Below are positions 1 to 9,395 of a DNA stretch of 64,000 bases, one piece after another. Location of the stretch: positions 4,230,797-4,294,796 of the forward strand of contig OZ255836.1 of the NCBI GenBank assembly GCA_965277715.1, read 5' to 3'. Both the position numbers and the translations under genes were made by a program. Origin of the DNA: Gammaproteobacteria bacterium (lineage in GTDB: Bacteria; Pseudomonadota; Gammaproteobacteria; JBCCGL01). The notes under the pieces are model-generated. The model searched no databases. It saw only the letters and a program-made list of their open reading frames with translations, and was not told the origin of the DNA. How positions within the stretch are numbered: the first letter of the stretch is position 1; every line of letters starts with the position of its first letter.

Positions 1-612
1 GCTTTCCGGTACATCAATCGATACCACCAGTCTGGAGAGGTCTTGAATTGAGATAATGGTTTGCCTGTTGCTGACCTCTTCAAAGCGCTCGACGTGGTGC
101 TTGGCCACCACGCCGGCAAAAGGGGCGAGCAGACGGGTGTATTTTATATTTTGTTTCGAGGCTGAGAATTGCGCTTTCGCGGTGCTGTAACTGGCTTTGA
201 GGGTCTCGAAGTCAGCCTTGGAAATATGCCCTTTATCGACCAGTGATCGGCCACGTTTGAAGGCTGATTCGGCGCTGTTGAAGTTGGCTTTGTCTTTGCT
301 CAGTGCAATGGCAAAATCGGCCTGATCCAGCTCGGCCAGTAGCTGGCCTTTTTTAACCTCCTCACCTTCGTTGACCAGGAGTTTCTTCACCACGCCCGAT
401 ACCCTAAATGCCAGCTCGGCTTTGCGCACGGCGTCGACAACACCGGGTAGCTGGCGGATGTTTTGGTTTTTGCTGGCGCTAACGCGCAGCGTTTTTACCG
501 GTCTCAGCACCGTTTCGGTCGTTTCTGGCGCCGATTCACTGCCACAGCCGGTTAGCCAAAGAGCGGATAACAGCAGGGCGATTAGCTGACAGGCGATCAG
601 GTTTTTGTGCAT
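1..612 (-). CDS. RND efflux periplasmic adaptor (membrane fusion) lipoprotein, runs off window start
   Basis: Not in the ORF track. Manual translation from ATG at 612 gives MHKNLIACQLIALLLSALWLTGCGSE (lipobox LTGC), then LRPVKT...ELAFRVSGVVKKLLVNEGEEVKKGQLLAELD...YTRLLAPFAGVV, the typical MFP lipoyl/hairpin motifs. Confidence 0.9.
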   Translation of the reverse strand, partial: MHKNLIACQLIALLLSALWLTGCGSESAPETTETVLRPVKTLRVSASKNQNIRQLPGVVDAVRKAELAFRVSGVVKKLLVNEGEEVKKGQLLAELDQADFAIALSKDKANFNSAESAFKRGRSLVDKGHISKADFETLKASYSTAKAQFSASKQNIKYTRLLAPFAGVVAKHHVERFEEVSNRQTIISIQDLSRLVVSIDVPES

Positions 613-635
613 AAGAAAATCTCAGTCGCTACCTG

Positions 636-724
636 GGAACCTGTCGGATTCAGAACGGCTCTACTGCGGAAAAGCCCCAAACCGGTCCTTCCCCCGTTAC
701 GAGCGCCTAAACTCGACAGGCTCC
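636..724. mobile_element. MITE-like element, family A (89 bp)
   Basis: Imperfect terminal inverted repeats GGAACCTGTCGGATTCAG (636-653) and CTAAACTCGACAGGCTCC (707-724). The right end abuts CTAG, which contains the fpr stop codon. A related left end occurs at 12764. Confidence 0.65.
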
Positions 725-1467
725 TAGTGGTATTTTTCGGTGGTGTAGTGTCCGGGCTCGCGTCGGCGGTGGCGCTGCATACCACGCGATTCGAGTACCG
801 TGCTCACGTCTTTAATCATCGCGGCACTGCCGCACATCATCACGTGTGCATTATCGGCAGTGAGTGAAATGCCCGCCCGGCTCTCCAGCGTGCCATTTTC
901 AATGGCCGCCGGGATGCGCATCCGCAGTGCATGGTCAACATCTTCACGGGTGATCAGTGGAATAAAACAAAATTGCCCGGTGTGATCGCTTACCAGTTTG
1001 GCTATGATGTCTGAATACGCCAGCTCTTCAGCGTTGCGAACACAATAGCACAGCGTTATACGTTGAAAGCGCTGCCATACAGCCCCGCTGTTGAGAATAG
1101 AGAGAAAGGGGCCAATTGCAGTGCCCGTTGCCAGCATCCACAGGTGGCGTGCCTCAGGTACTTCGTTGACGGTGAGGAATCCGGTCGGGTTCGTGGCGAC
1201 TAACACACTGTCACCTTTTTGCAGGGTAAATAGCCTGGGTGATAACGGGCCTTCTGGCACGCGATTAAAGTAGATTTCCAGTGGTGATGCTGTTGGAGCG
1301 TTGACCAGTGAATAGGGACGGGCAATAATCTCGCCCGCAATCTCCAGCCCAACGCGAACGAATTGGCCCGCCTGAAACTGGCCTAATGGGGCGTCAATTT
1401 TTAACGAGGTAAGTCGTTCGTTCCAGCGATAATTTTCGACAACAGTGCCGGTGTGCCACTTAACCAT
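724..1467 (-). CDS. fpr: Ferredoxin/flavodoxin--NADP+ reductase
   Basis: FQAGQFVRVGL, RPYSLVN, GPLSPRL, LATGTAIGPFLS, MMCGS motifs; 247 aa. Confidence 0.93.
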   Translation of the reverse strand: MVKWHTGTVVENYRWNERLTSLKIDAPLGQFQAGQFVRVGLEIAGEIIARPYSLVNAPTASPLEIYFNRVPEGPLSPRLFTLQKGDSVLVATNPTGFLTVNEVPEARHLWMLATGTAIGPFLSILNSGAVWQRFQRITLCYCVRNAEELAYSDIIAKLVSDHTGQFCFIPLITREDVDHALRMRIPAAIENGTLESRAGISLTADNAHVMMCGSAAMIKDVSTVLESRGMQRHRRREPGHYTTEKYH

Positions 1468-1557
1468 TGGCCTGACCCTTTACTAATAAAGTAAATAGTA
1501 GTTTAGCGCATTCCGGCAGGTTCCTAGAAGCCTGTGCAGCGTCTATAGAGAAGAATA

Positions 1558-2445
1558 ATGCAACAGCACAGATATGGGTTTGGTGTTTTACTGGTGGTCG
1601 TTGGCGGGGTGTTTCTCAGCACAAATGGCATCGTATTGCGCAATATGGAGCAGGCCAGTGGCTGGCAGATTCTTTTCTATCGTGGCCTGGCATTTTCGAT
1701 AACGCTGTTTCTGATTTTACTGTTTCGCTACCGGGCGGGCATAGTGGGTGCGTTTCGCGCCATCGGTCAGCGTGGGATATGGGCGGGGGTGGTACTTGGC
1801 TTAGGGTCGTGCTGCTATGTGTTTGCCCTGTTGTTTACCACAATTGCGAATGCGGTGTTTATTATTGGTGCCGCCCCATTGGCGACAGCCTTTGTCGCCT
1901 GGTTGGTATTGGGTGAGCGCACATCGGTGAGTGGGGTTATCGCGATGCTGGTGTCACTGGGCGGCATAGGTTTGATGTTTGTCGATGGATTGATTGCCGG
2001 TCGTTGGTTTGGCAATGTGATGGCGCTGTTGGTGGTGGCATCGTTTGTTATTTACCTGCTGATTCTGCGCGGTAAGCGCGACACCGATATGTTGCCGGCA
2101 ACCTGTATTGGTGGTGTCGTTATGGCGGTGGCGGGGCTGCTCGGTGCACAGCATCTGTTGGTATCGACGCACGATTTACTGCTTGCGGTGATGATGGGTT
2201 GTGTGCAGTTTCTGGTGGGTTTTATGTGTTTCACTATTGCCACGCGCTACATTCTTGCTGCCGAGGTGGCTTTGTTTGCCCTCACTGAATCAATACTGGC
2301 GCCTATTTGGGTCTGGGTGGGGATAGGGGAAACACCCAGTGTGCTAACGCTGACAGGGAGTGCGATTGTGCTGGTATCGGTTGTCGCTTACTGTGTAATG
2401 GAAATTGCCAGGCAGCGGCGCGCTGTGGATCCGGTCACAACGTGA
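1558..2445 (+). CDS. DMT (EamA-like) family transporter
   Basis: 295 aa with about 10 hydrophobic helices in two repeats; LGER and GIGETPS motifs. Confidence 0.88.
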   Translation: MQQHRYGFGVLLVVVGGVFLSTNGIVLRNMEQASGWQILFYRGLAFSITLFLILLFRYRAGIVGAFRAIGQRGIWAGVVLGLGSCCYVFALLFTTIANAVFIIGAAPLATAFVAWLVLGERTSVSGVIAMLVSLGGIGLMFVDGLIAGRWFGNVMALLVVASFVIYLLILRGKRDTDMLPATCIGGVVMAVAGLLGAQHLLVSTHDLLLAVMMGCVQFLVGFMCFTIATRYILAAEVALFALTESILAPIWVWVGIGETPSVLTLTGSAIVLVSVVAYCVMEIARQRRAVDPVTT

Positions 2446-2557
2446 TGTGGCTCCCTCTCTGAGGGAAGTAGTGGTATTGGGTTTTGTGGTTTCGCTTAGT
2501 GACTTGCTCAAGCAAGCGGGAGAGAGGGGTTTTTGCTTGATTAATATTTACCTGCAT
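2435..2557 (-). pseudogene. Remnant of Phd/YefM-type antitoxin
   Basis: Reads MQVNINQAKTPLSRLLEQV, resembling the Phd/YefM N-terminal DNA-binding motif (VNIHEAKTHLSRLLE). Similarity is lost after about 20 codons and no toxin follows. Confidence 0.55.
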
Positions 2558-3052
2558 AACCCATGAAGATGTGTACCAGGCGGATGAGGTGTTTGTCATC
2601 AGTACCGCTGGTGGTGTTATGTCGGTGTGCAAGGTTGATAATCAACTGCTATCTGGTGGTACTGTTGGCGTGTTAACAAGTCAGCTATCAGTACTGGGCA
2701 CTGCACGCATTGACGGAATATAGATGCGATATTGAATACTAAAAAATACAGTTCTGCGGTTTATATGAATGTAGTGCCATTTTACATTTATGGTGATTTT
2801 GGTGTTGCTATTGGAGGTGGAATGAAATTGGATGTAGGCTGGTAAACAACAGACGATTGTGCTGTTTCGGTCTTCTTACATCCATAGTATCAAAGTGCTA
2901 CCCTATTTTGAAATGCCTGCCTGTTTAAAGATCGTGGAAGCTGAGCCATCCCAGCGTTTGGACACCTTGTTATTACTGTTGGATCAGGGAGAAGCGTGTT
3001 CTATTGAATTAGCTGTAAGCAGAGAAATTCCTATCATTATTGATGAACGTAA

Positions 3053-3190
3053 GGAACGTGCACGAAACAAATTCCGGGATTCATCAATGCATCGATTCAC
3101 CTTATAGTTGAGTTGGCTAAGCGTGTTATTAATACATAGCGCACTATTTAAATAACATTATAAAAGTGGAAATTATTTTGTGTACGTTCC
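3053..3190. mobile_element. MITE family B (138 bp), left arm of the composite element
   Basis: GGAACGTGCACGAAA ... TTTTGTGTACGTTCC. A second 138-bp copy lies in inverted orientation at 26158-26295 and a truncated inverted copy at about 3756-3842. Confidence 0.8.
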
Positions 3191-3842
3191 ATAACACCCT
3201 ACACTGCCTACATAGAAAAAGAGTAGACATTAGCTCACCTTTTATTAATCTTTGTATTTATTCGTGGTGCTATAGGGGTTTCGTTCGCGAAGCGTAAGTA
3301 TCTTTCTCCACTGTATACAGTGCGAACGAGTTACTTTTTGCTAGCGCACAAAAAGGAACCAAAAATGCGCTTTCGGTGTTCAGTTTGAATTGATAGGCCA
3401 GTGGGGCGTGCGTTTAGCTTTGGTTTTCTTTTTTGCTGCGTTCATCACGCCCACGAGATCCGGGCAGCTTATTGGCTGGCATTGTTCCCTGCGCCATAAG
3501 TGAATTGGGCCTTTTTATTCATACCATTACCATGTGATCGGGGAAGTCAGTTAGGATTGGTTTATTAGAAAAATACGGAAATAACAGATCGACATAAGCC
3601 GGAACTGCTGAGGGGGAGGTTCCCGCGGCCTACTCACCTGGGCGTAGACAAAAAGTAACTCGCTCGCTCTGTAAAGAGTAAATAAAAACACCAAGGTATC
3701 GCGAGAGAAACCCCATAACCCCCCAGGGAAATTGCACTACAACACCATGTATACTCTATGTGTTAATAACACGCTCAGCTAACTCAAAGATAAGGTAGAT
3801 TGGTCCGCTTACGAATCCCGGAAGTTATTTCGTGCACGTTCC
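3053..3842. mobile_element. 790-bp non-coding composite insertion with 3-bp TAA target-site duplication
   Basis: Perfect 15-bp ends GGAACGTGCACGAAA / TTTCGTGCACGTTCC extend to an imperfect inverted repeat of about 88 bp. TAA flanks both sides (3050-3052, 3843-3845). Excision restores the host reading frame. Confidence 0.85.
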
Positions 3843-4208
3843 TAAGGGGCGGCAAATTGCAAAGAAAATGGGGGTGCAGGTCATAGGTTTTGTTGGTTTA
3901 TTAATACAGGCAGTGCGTAGGGAAATTCTTGATAAGCAAAGCGCGGTAGAGAACAGTTTATATTTGTCAGTATCATTGCGTCGAGAGGTACAGGAAGTGC
4001 TGGAAAGTTTTTAAGTTGAATGGATACTGTTCAAGTGGTGTTTTTTTTACCTATCCTGCAAGGTTAAAAATACCGATATACCCGAAAGCGACGGGTATGG
4101 CTTTGTTGTCGTTATCGCTACGCCTGGTGGTTGGTATAAGGTCAGTCAGTATTCAAAAGGTGAAGGGTAAAAAATGAAAGGATACTGTCTCTTTATAATT
4201 TGGTGTGG

Positions 4209-5045
4209 TTAGAAGTAGTGTGTCCTGGGGCTTAATGGTGTGCCACGTTGGGTACATTCTTGTGTAGGTAGTATGTCCATGCTTGGCCATAGTCCGGTTA
4301 ATAGGCTGTCTGCGTAGGCGTTGCTTAAACCGGCGCTGGCCATTGCATTGTTTGCCTCTAATGCATCAACGTTGACGGCCAGGTGGTCAATGCGGATTTG
4401 GTTTTTATCTTGTTGCCATATTGAATACCAGCCACGCTGGGTGCCGTCATTGGCGGGCATACCAATGACACCGGGGTTGTGCCAGAGCTTGTCATTAATC
4501 TGTTGCGTAAATGGCAGGCCACAATGGCCGCCAATGACACCATCAGTGCCCGCGAGTGCAAGTTCGTCGTGTTTGGTGTGATGATCTGTCGAGGCAAAAA
4601 CAAATTGGTTGATGCGGCTGACGCTGCCGTGTATCACGGCAAAGTGCCTCCCGGCGTAGCTGAAGTTAATGCGTTTTGGCAGGGTGCGCATCCATGTGCG
4701 GTGTGCTGTTTCGACATGGTGGTTGGTGTAGTTGTACCAGGTATTAGACAATATATCGCAGGCGCTACCCGTAGCAAAACCACAACCACAATCATCGGTG
4801 CTCCAGCCAATCGATTCCTCACAGTTACCCATTAGCACGGTGACACCCCAGTCGCGCAGTGCTTTGATGGTTTCATTGGGTTGTGCGCAGTAAGCGACAA
4901 CATCGCCGGTACAAATGATGTTTTTTGCAGTAATACCCCGTTTTGTCGTTTCTGAGTGAATGGCCTGCGTGGCGTGTAAATTGCTGTAAGGGCCGCCAAA
5001 GAATACGAGTGGGCCTTCAAGGTTACCGAGGTCGAGTGTGTTCAT
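4209..5045 (-). CDS. Metallophosphoesterase (calcineurin-like) family protein
   Basis: TGDVVAY, MGNCE, IHGS, GGHCGLP and NPGVIG motifs. The first motif is atypical (GGPYSN instead of SDxHxN). Confidence 0.85.
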   Translation of the reverse strand: MNTLDLGNLEGPLVFFGGPYSNLHATQAIHSETTKRGITAKNIICTGDVVAYCAQPNETIKALRDWGVTVLMGNCEESIGWSTDDCGCGFATGSACDILSNTWYNYTNHHVETAHRTWMRTLPKRINFSYAGRHFAVIHGSVSRINQFVFASTDHHTKHDELALAGTDGVIGGHCGLPFTQQINDKLWHNPGVIGMPANDGTQRGWYSIWQQDKNQIRIDHLAVNVDALEANNAMASAGLSNAYADSLLTGLWPSMDILPTQECTQRGTPLSPRTHYF

Positions 5046-5250
5046 AAACGCATATTTTTTTGAAAAAAACCTAAACGGTTATTGCTAATTAAGTGTTGTT
5101 TGGTACGGGAACAACAGCCAAATAACGATGAATTCCTATCGGCTACAAACACCTGTGTAGACTTAGACATCAGATTGACGCGCCTGCTAAATACTCTACC
5201 ATGCGCATGGATGTGCGCATATTGCAAAGGAACAAGCTCTGAGACATGAA

Positions 5251-5425
5251 CCTGAATTCCGCAGTTGAATCTACTGCGAGCACCTGATGCACAGAATCTA
5301 AAGCGCTTTAACCCGCATTTCAGCTTCACCTGTAGAATGACGACAGGATGGCTAAAATGCTGGTAAAAACACTTCATCTTCAGCACCTTAGACGCTCTCG
5401 CTACGATTCAACTGCGGAATTTAGG
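5251..5425. mobile_element. MITE-like element, family C (175 bp)
   Basis: 21-bp terminal inverted repeat with one mismatch: CCTGAATTCCGCAGTTGAATC (5251-5271) / GATTCAACTGCGGAATTTAGG (5405-5425). Confidence 0.75.
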
Positions 5426-5460
5426 ATTATTTAGATTGAAAAATATAGTAAGAATGTTGT

Positions 5461-6459
5461 CTACGTTTTTGGTGTATTTTGTACTGAATATTTATTCTTT
5501 TTATCCCGCCACTGCCGAATGCGGTCTTCATCTGATAGTGCCTCACTTTTTTGACTGGAAGCAGTGGGTGTTTGTAGCCTGGGAAGCTGATCCTCTAAGA
5601 AATCACTTACATCCATGAGTAATTTTGACGAGGTAATATCATCCTTTAACCACTGGTCAGACTGTTCTTTGGCAAGGAATCGGCGCATCTCCTGTTTGAA
5701 TTTACGGTGTGTTTCCGTACTGGCCAGGTCATTAATGCGGGTATTTAGGCGGTCGATCAATGGCTTTATGTCACCACCGTCAATCAGGTGGTAATCTGCC
5801 GCTTTACTGCGCACCCAGCCGTGATGCAGGTCGATTCCCTTGTCTCTTAACCACTTAATATCCCAAATATCCCGTGCTTTTATGTATCTGCGACCGGCAA
5901 TTGCAATGACTTTATCAGCCAGGATTTCTCTTTCAGACGATACGTTCAGCACTACCGCTCCAGCCCCAAACTGAGAATAGAGGCTATTGATCATTCGCGG
6001 TCTTGCGTCATAGGCAGGAATGTCAGCGATCTCAATATGAAGCTTCTGATTTCGTGTGCCCTCTTTTTCGATTTCAATGGTTGCGATCCAGCGATGAACA
6101 GCTACTGATTTTGCAGTGGTGCGTTCATTCATAGACCGCTTGGGATCAGAGACCCGAACGCTTAGCGCAAACTTTTCGGCCAGCGATGCCTTTAATGTCT
6201 CTTTGAAGTGCTCAAAGTGTGTCGGATTCAGTGGCATATTACGGACAAAATTCAGGTCTTCGCTGTATCGTTGGTTGCCATAGCACAAGCGCAATGCGGT
6301 TCCACCCTGAAGTACCAGTGACTTCCCCAGCTCGGATTTTTGCAAGGCCAGCAAAATATTGGCATGAAGTACTTCTTTTAAGATGGTGTCCTTAAGGCGG
6401 TTTTGCCCGGCTGCCAGTCGATCGGCGATAATTATCAGATCCTCAAATGACTTTTTCAT
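5461..6459 (-). CDS. abiEii: AbiEii/AbiGii-family nucleotidyltransferase toxin (type IV TA)
   Basis: LVLQGGTALRLCYGNQRYSEDLNF, EILADKVIA, KARDIWDI motifs. The probable start is ATG 6459, overlapping the antitoxin 3' end. Confidence 0.88.
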   Translation of the reverse strand: MKKSFEDLIIIADRLAAGQNRLKDTILKEVLHANILLALQKSELGKSLVLQGGTALRLCYGNQRYSEDLNFVRNMPLNPTHFEHFKETLKASLAEKFALSVRVSDPKRSMNERTTAKSVAVHRWIATIEIEKEGTRNQKLHIEIADIPAYDARPRMINSLYSQFGAGAVVLNVSSEREILADKVIAIAGRRYIKARDIWDIKWLRDKGIDLHHGWVRSKAADYHLIDGGDIKPLIDRLNTRINDLASTETHRKFKQEMRRFLAKEQSDQWLKDDITSSKLLMDVSDFLEDQLPRLQTPTASSQKSEALSDEDRIRQWRDKKNKYSVQNTPKT

Positions 6460-7003
6460 AGATTGCCTTCTTTGCCTGTTTGCCAACAAGATGGCTTGCC
6501 TCTCGATTGCTTTTCATCAAGTCCCTTAATGCCAGCTCAGCATCTGCCATCAATAGACCTGTTTCGTTATCGATAGTCGTATGATCGAGAATAAATGCCA
6601 TGGGTCTTTTTGTATGGGTAAACTCAACGGTTCCGTAGGGCGTTTTAAATGTCTGAGAGCTCCCGTTGGTCATTAGCGATAAGTAATTTAACGGTATCTG
6701 TGAAATCACCCCTAACTGGCTTAGGCGTGATTCCTGAGATAAGTAGCTAATGTTTCCAGGCTTCAACCAGTGAACCAGTGCAGGTAACTTATCCGCAGGC
6801 GCACAACGCGCCTTCTCATTTGCGTATAGCCCTCTTTTGATTTGTATCAGCAAGCCAGATTTTACGTGGCGCCGGAGGCTCATTTTCAATGAATCTTTAG
6901 ACTCCACCGGAAAAAGAACGCGAAAGGTCGCCAGGGTAAACAGCCATAGATGGTTTTCCCGATCCTGCTTATATAATACTGTCAGTAATGCTGCTGCCTT
7001 CAT
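6443..7003 (-). CDS. abiEi: AbiEi-family antitoxin (type IV TA)
   Basis: N-terminal wHTH-like region with IKRGLY, plus SYLSQESRLSQLGVISQIP and TPYGTVEFTH. Directly upstream of, and overlapping, abiEii. Confidence 0.85.
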   Translation of the reverse strand: MKAAALLTVLYKQDRENHLWLFTLATFRVLFPVESKDSLKMSLRRHVKSGLLIQIKRGLYANEKARCAPADKLPALVHWLKPGNISYLSQESRLSQLGVISQIPLNYLSLMTNGSSQTFKTPYGTVEFTHTKRPMAFILDHTTIDNETGLLMADAELALRDLMKSNREASHLVGKQAKKAIYEKVI

Positions 7004-7106
7004 TTGGGTGCCCAGGGGTCTGTCGGGTTCAGGGTTACTCTACAGAGGATGGTTGATACATTTGTGAATGTAGAAATGCCTATTCTTAGCAATCTATAAA
7101 AAATAT

Positions 7107-7150
7107 ATGTCTATACTAAAGGTACTAAAAAATACCTTTACTATAGACAT
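7107..7150. promoter_or_regulatory. Inverted repeat, putative AbiEi autoregulatory operator
   Basis: ATGTCTATACTAAAGGTA-N8-TACCTTTACTATAGACAT (18-bp arms, 1 mismatch), about 105 bp upstream of abiEi. AbiEi antitoxins are known to bind promoter inverted repeats. Confidence 0.6.
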
Positions 7151-7213
7151 GTAGGTATAAAAGGGCAAATAGTCAACCTTGTCCAGATTGATAATGAAAA
7201 GCTGAAAGCTATG

Positions 7214-7304
7214 GTTAAACACCTAAGTTAAACACCTAAGTTAAACACCTAAGTTAAACACCTAAGTTAAACACCTAAGTTAAACACCTAAGTTAAACAC
7301 TTAA
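7214..7304. repeat. Tandem repeat GTTAAACACCTAA x7 (13-bp unit)
   Basis: Six perfect copies (7214-7291) plus one with a single mismatch (GTTAAACACTTAA); no spacers. Confidence 0.97.
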
Positions 7305-7671
7305 TACGATACTCCTGTTTCCCCTACGCCTCTGGATACCATTCCATACCAACGAGACGGAGCTTTGATATTTACTTTAAGGCAGGCGCTGTTTCAGAAT
7401 ACGGATATTGCAGGCCTGCTGGCAAGAAAGCGGTGATTAATTTTAGGATAATTACTCGATCTGGACTATCGCATCGGGGTTGTTGTAGTAATCAATGTAC
7501 TTGGGGGCGTGGCCGAATCGACCATAACTATTACAGGGCGTTTAGTTTTTCCTTGTTCCATTGAAAAACCAATATCAGGGCGCTATATATCTGCCCGGTT
7601 TTTTTTGAGCTTACGCCAGATATGGCATTCAACCACAATAAATAAACGATCAATCAACAAGGTTGTTAACG

Positions 7672-8649
7672 ATGATTCAAGTACAAAATATAAGTAAAGC
7701 ATTTGGCGGGTTTGTCGCTGTCGATGCGCTTTCCTTTCAGGTGTCACCGGGTGAGGTGCTGGGGTTTCTCGGCCCGAATGGGGCGGGTAAATCCACTACC
7801 ATGAAGATGATCAGCGGTTTTCTTAAACAGGATGCCGGGTCGATCAGCGTGTTTGGCCACGATGTGCAAAGCGCCCCGCTGGAAACGAAAAAGCTGATCG
7901 GCTACCTGCCTGAAGGCGCCCCCGCCTGGGGAGAGATGACCACCTCGGCATTTCTCAGTTTTATCGCCGATATTCGCGGTTTGCGGGGTGATGAGAAACA
8001 GTGGCGTACCGCAGCGGTAATCGACCAGCTCGAACTACACAGCGTGCTGGGCCGCCCTGTCGATGACTTATCGAAGGGGTTTAAACGCCGTGTTGGCATC
8101 GCCCAGGCGATCATTCACGACCCTAAAGTACTGATTCTCGATGAGCCGACCGACGGCCTCGACCCCAATCAAAAACACCAGGTGCGCGAGTTGATCCGCA
8201 ATCTGGCGACCGACAAGATCGTGATCGTCTCGACGCATATCCTCGAAGAGGTGCACGCGGTGTGTTCACGCGCCCTGATTATTGCCGATGGCAAACTGGT
8301 CGCCGATAACACCCCCGCCGAGCTTGAACTGCAATCGCGCTACCACAACGCGATCACGCTGGAGTTGGCGCCGGACAGCCAGATGGATGTGGCCAGCGCT
8401 CTCGGCGGTTTACCAGGTGTCGATAAGGTTGAGAGGAACGCCTTGCAGCGCAACCGCTTTACTGTTTTTCCAAGCCAGGGCCAGGCAATTTACGCCACCG
8501 TCAACGAGCAGGTGCAAAACAACGGCTGGCCTGTGCGCGCACTGTATACCGAGCGTGGTCGGCTCGATGATGTGTTCCGGCAGATTACCCAGCAACCCAT
8601 TGCGCCACAACAGGGCACTCACCAACAATCGGGAGCGGCAGCGCAATGA
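7672..8649 (+). CDS. ABC transporter ATP-binding protein (GldA-like)
   Basis: GPNGAGKST, LSKGFKRRVG, ILDEPTDGLDP; heads a GldF/GldG-like operon. Confidence 0.9.
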   Translation: MIQVQNISKAFGGFVAVDALSFQVSPGEVLGFLGPNGAGKSTTMKMISGFLKQDAGSISVFGHDVQSAPLETKKLIGYLPEGAPAWGEMTTSAFLSFIADIRGLRGDEKQWRTAAVIDQLELHSVLGRPVDDLSKGFKRRVGIAQAIIHDPKVLILDEPTDGLDPNQKHQVRELIRNLATDKIVIVSTHILEEVHAVCSRALIIADGKLVADNTPAELELQSRYHNAITLELAPDSQMDVASALGGLPGVDKVERNALQRNRFTVFPSQGQAIYATVNEQVQNNGWPVRALYTERGRLDDVFRQITQQPIAPQQGTHQQSGAAAQ

Positions 8650-9377
8650 GTATCACTACCACTATCCTCAAGCGTGAGCTATGCAGTTATTTCGCAACGC
8701 CACTGGCGTATGTGTTTATTGTGATTTTTTTGATGTTGTCGGGTTTGGTCACCTTCGCTATCGGTGGTTTTTACGAGCGTGGCCAGGCCGATTTGCAATC
8801 CTTCTTTACCTTTCACCCTTGGCTGTATCTGTTTTTAGTACCGGCAGTGGCGATGCGTTTGTGGGCTGAGGAGCGCAAATCGGGCACCATTGAATTACTG
8901 CTGACGCTGCCAGTGACCTTGCAGCAGGCGGTGATGGGCAAATTTTTGGCCGCCTGGTTGTTTGTGGGTATTGCCCTGGTGCTGACGTTCCCACTGTGGG
9001 TAACGGTTAATTACCTCGGCAGCCCAGACAATGGGGTTATCCTCGCCGCCTATATTGGCAGTTGGCTAATGGCGGGGGCCTTTCTGGCGGTGGGGTCGTG
9101 TATGTCCGCCGCCACTGGCAATCAGGTGATCGCCTTCATCCTCACCATTGTGGTGTGTTTCCTGTTTGTCGTTTCCGGGTTTGGCCTGATCCTCGATTCG
9201 TTTCAGGGGTGGGCACCGTTGCAGGTGGTGGATGCGGTGGCCAGCCTGAGTTTTACCAGTCACTTTGCGGCGATTAGCCGGGGAGTGCTGGATCTGCGCG
9301 ATGTACTGTATTTCGCCATTATGATTGTCGCCTGGCTGTTTGCCACGGCGGTGGTAATCGACATCAAAAAAGCGTAA
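8646..9377 (+). CDS. ABC-2 type permease (GldF-like)
   Basis: YFATPLAYVFI and MRLWAEERKSGTIELLLTLP motifs. Confidence 0.9.
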   Translation: MSITTTILKRELCSYFATPLAYVFIVIFLMLSGLVTFAIGGFYERGQADLQSFFTFHPWLYLFLVPAVAMRLWAEERKSGTIELLLTLPVTLQQAVMGKFLAAWLFVGIALVLTFPLWVTVNYLGSPDNGVILAAYIGSWLMAGAFLAVGSCMSAATGNQVIAFILTIVVCFLFVVSGFGLILDSFQGWAPLQVVDAVASLSFTSHFAAISRGVLDLRDVLYFAIMIVAWLFATAVVIDIKKA

Positions 9378-9395
9378 TTGCGAAGGGATAACAAA

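Larger units (their letters stand above)
2859..4014 (+). pseudogene. DUF3368 (PIN-like) protein gene, 5'-truncated and interrupted by an insertion
   Basis: Removing 3053-3842 and one TAA restores LDQGEACSIELAVSREIPIIIDERK-GRQIAKKMGVQVIGFVGLLIQA, matching the LDxGEAxAI...DERKGRxxA...GxxGxL motif of DUF3368 proteins. Confidence 0.8.

Noticed and set aside
5042-5386. 114-aa ORF between the phosphoesterase and abiEii
   Set aside because: It starts inside MITE family C and has no recognisable motifs.
7214-7304. Possible CRISPR array
   Set aside because: The 13-bp units are contiguous with no spacers, and no cas genes are present.
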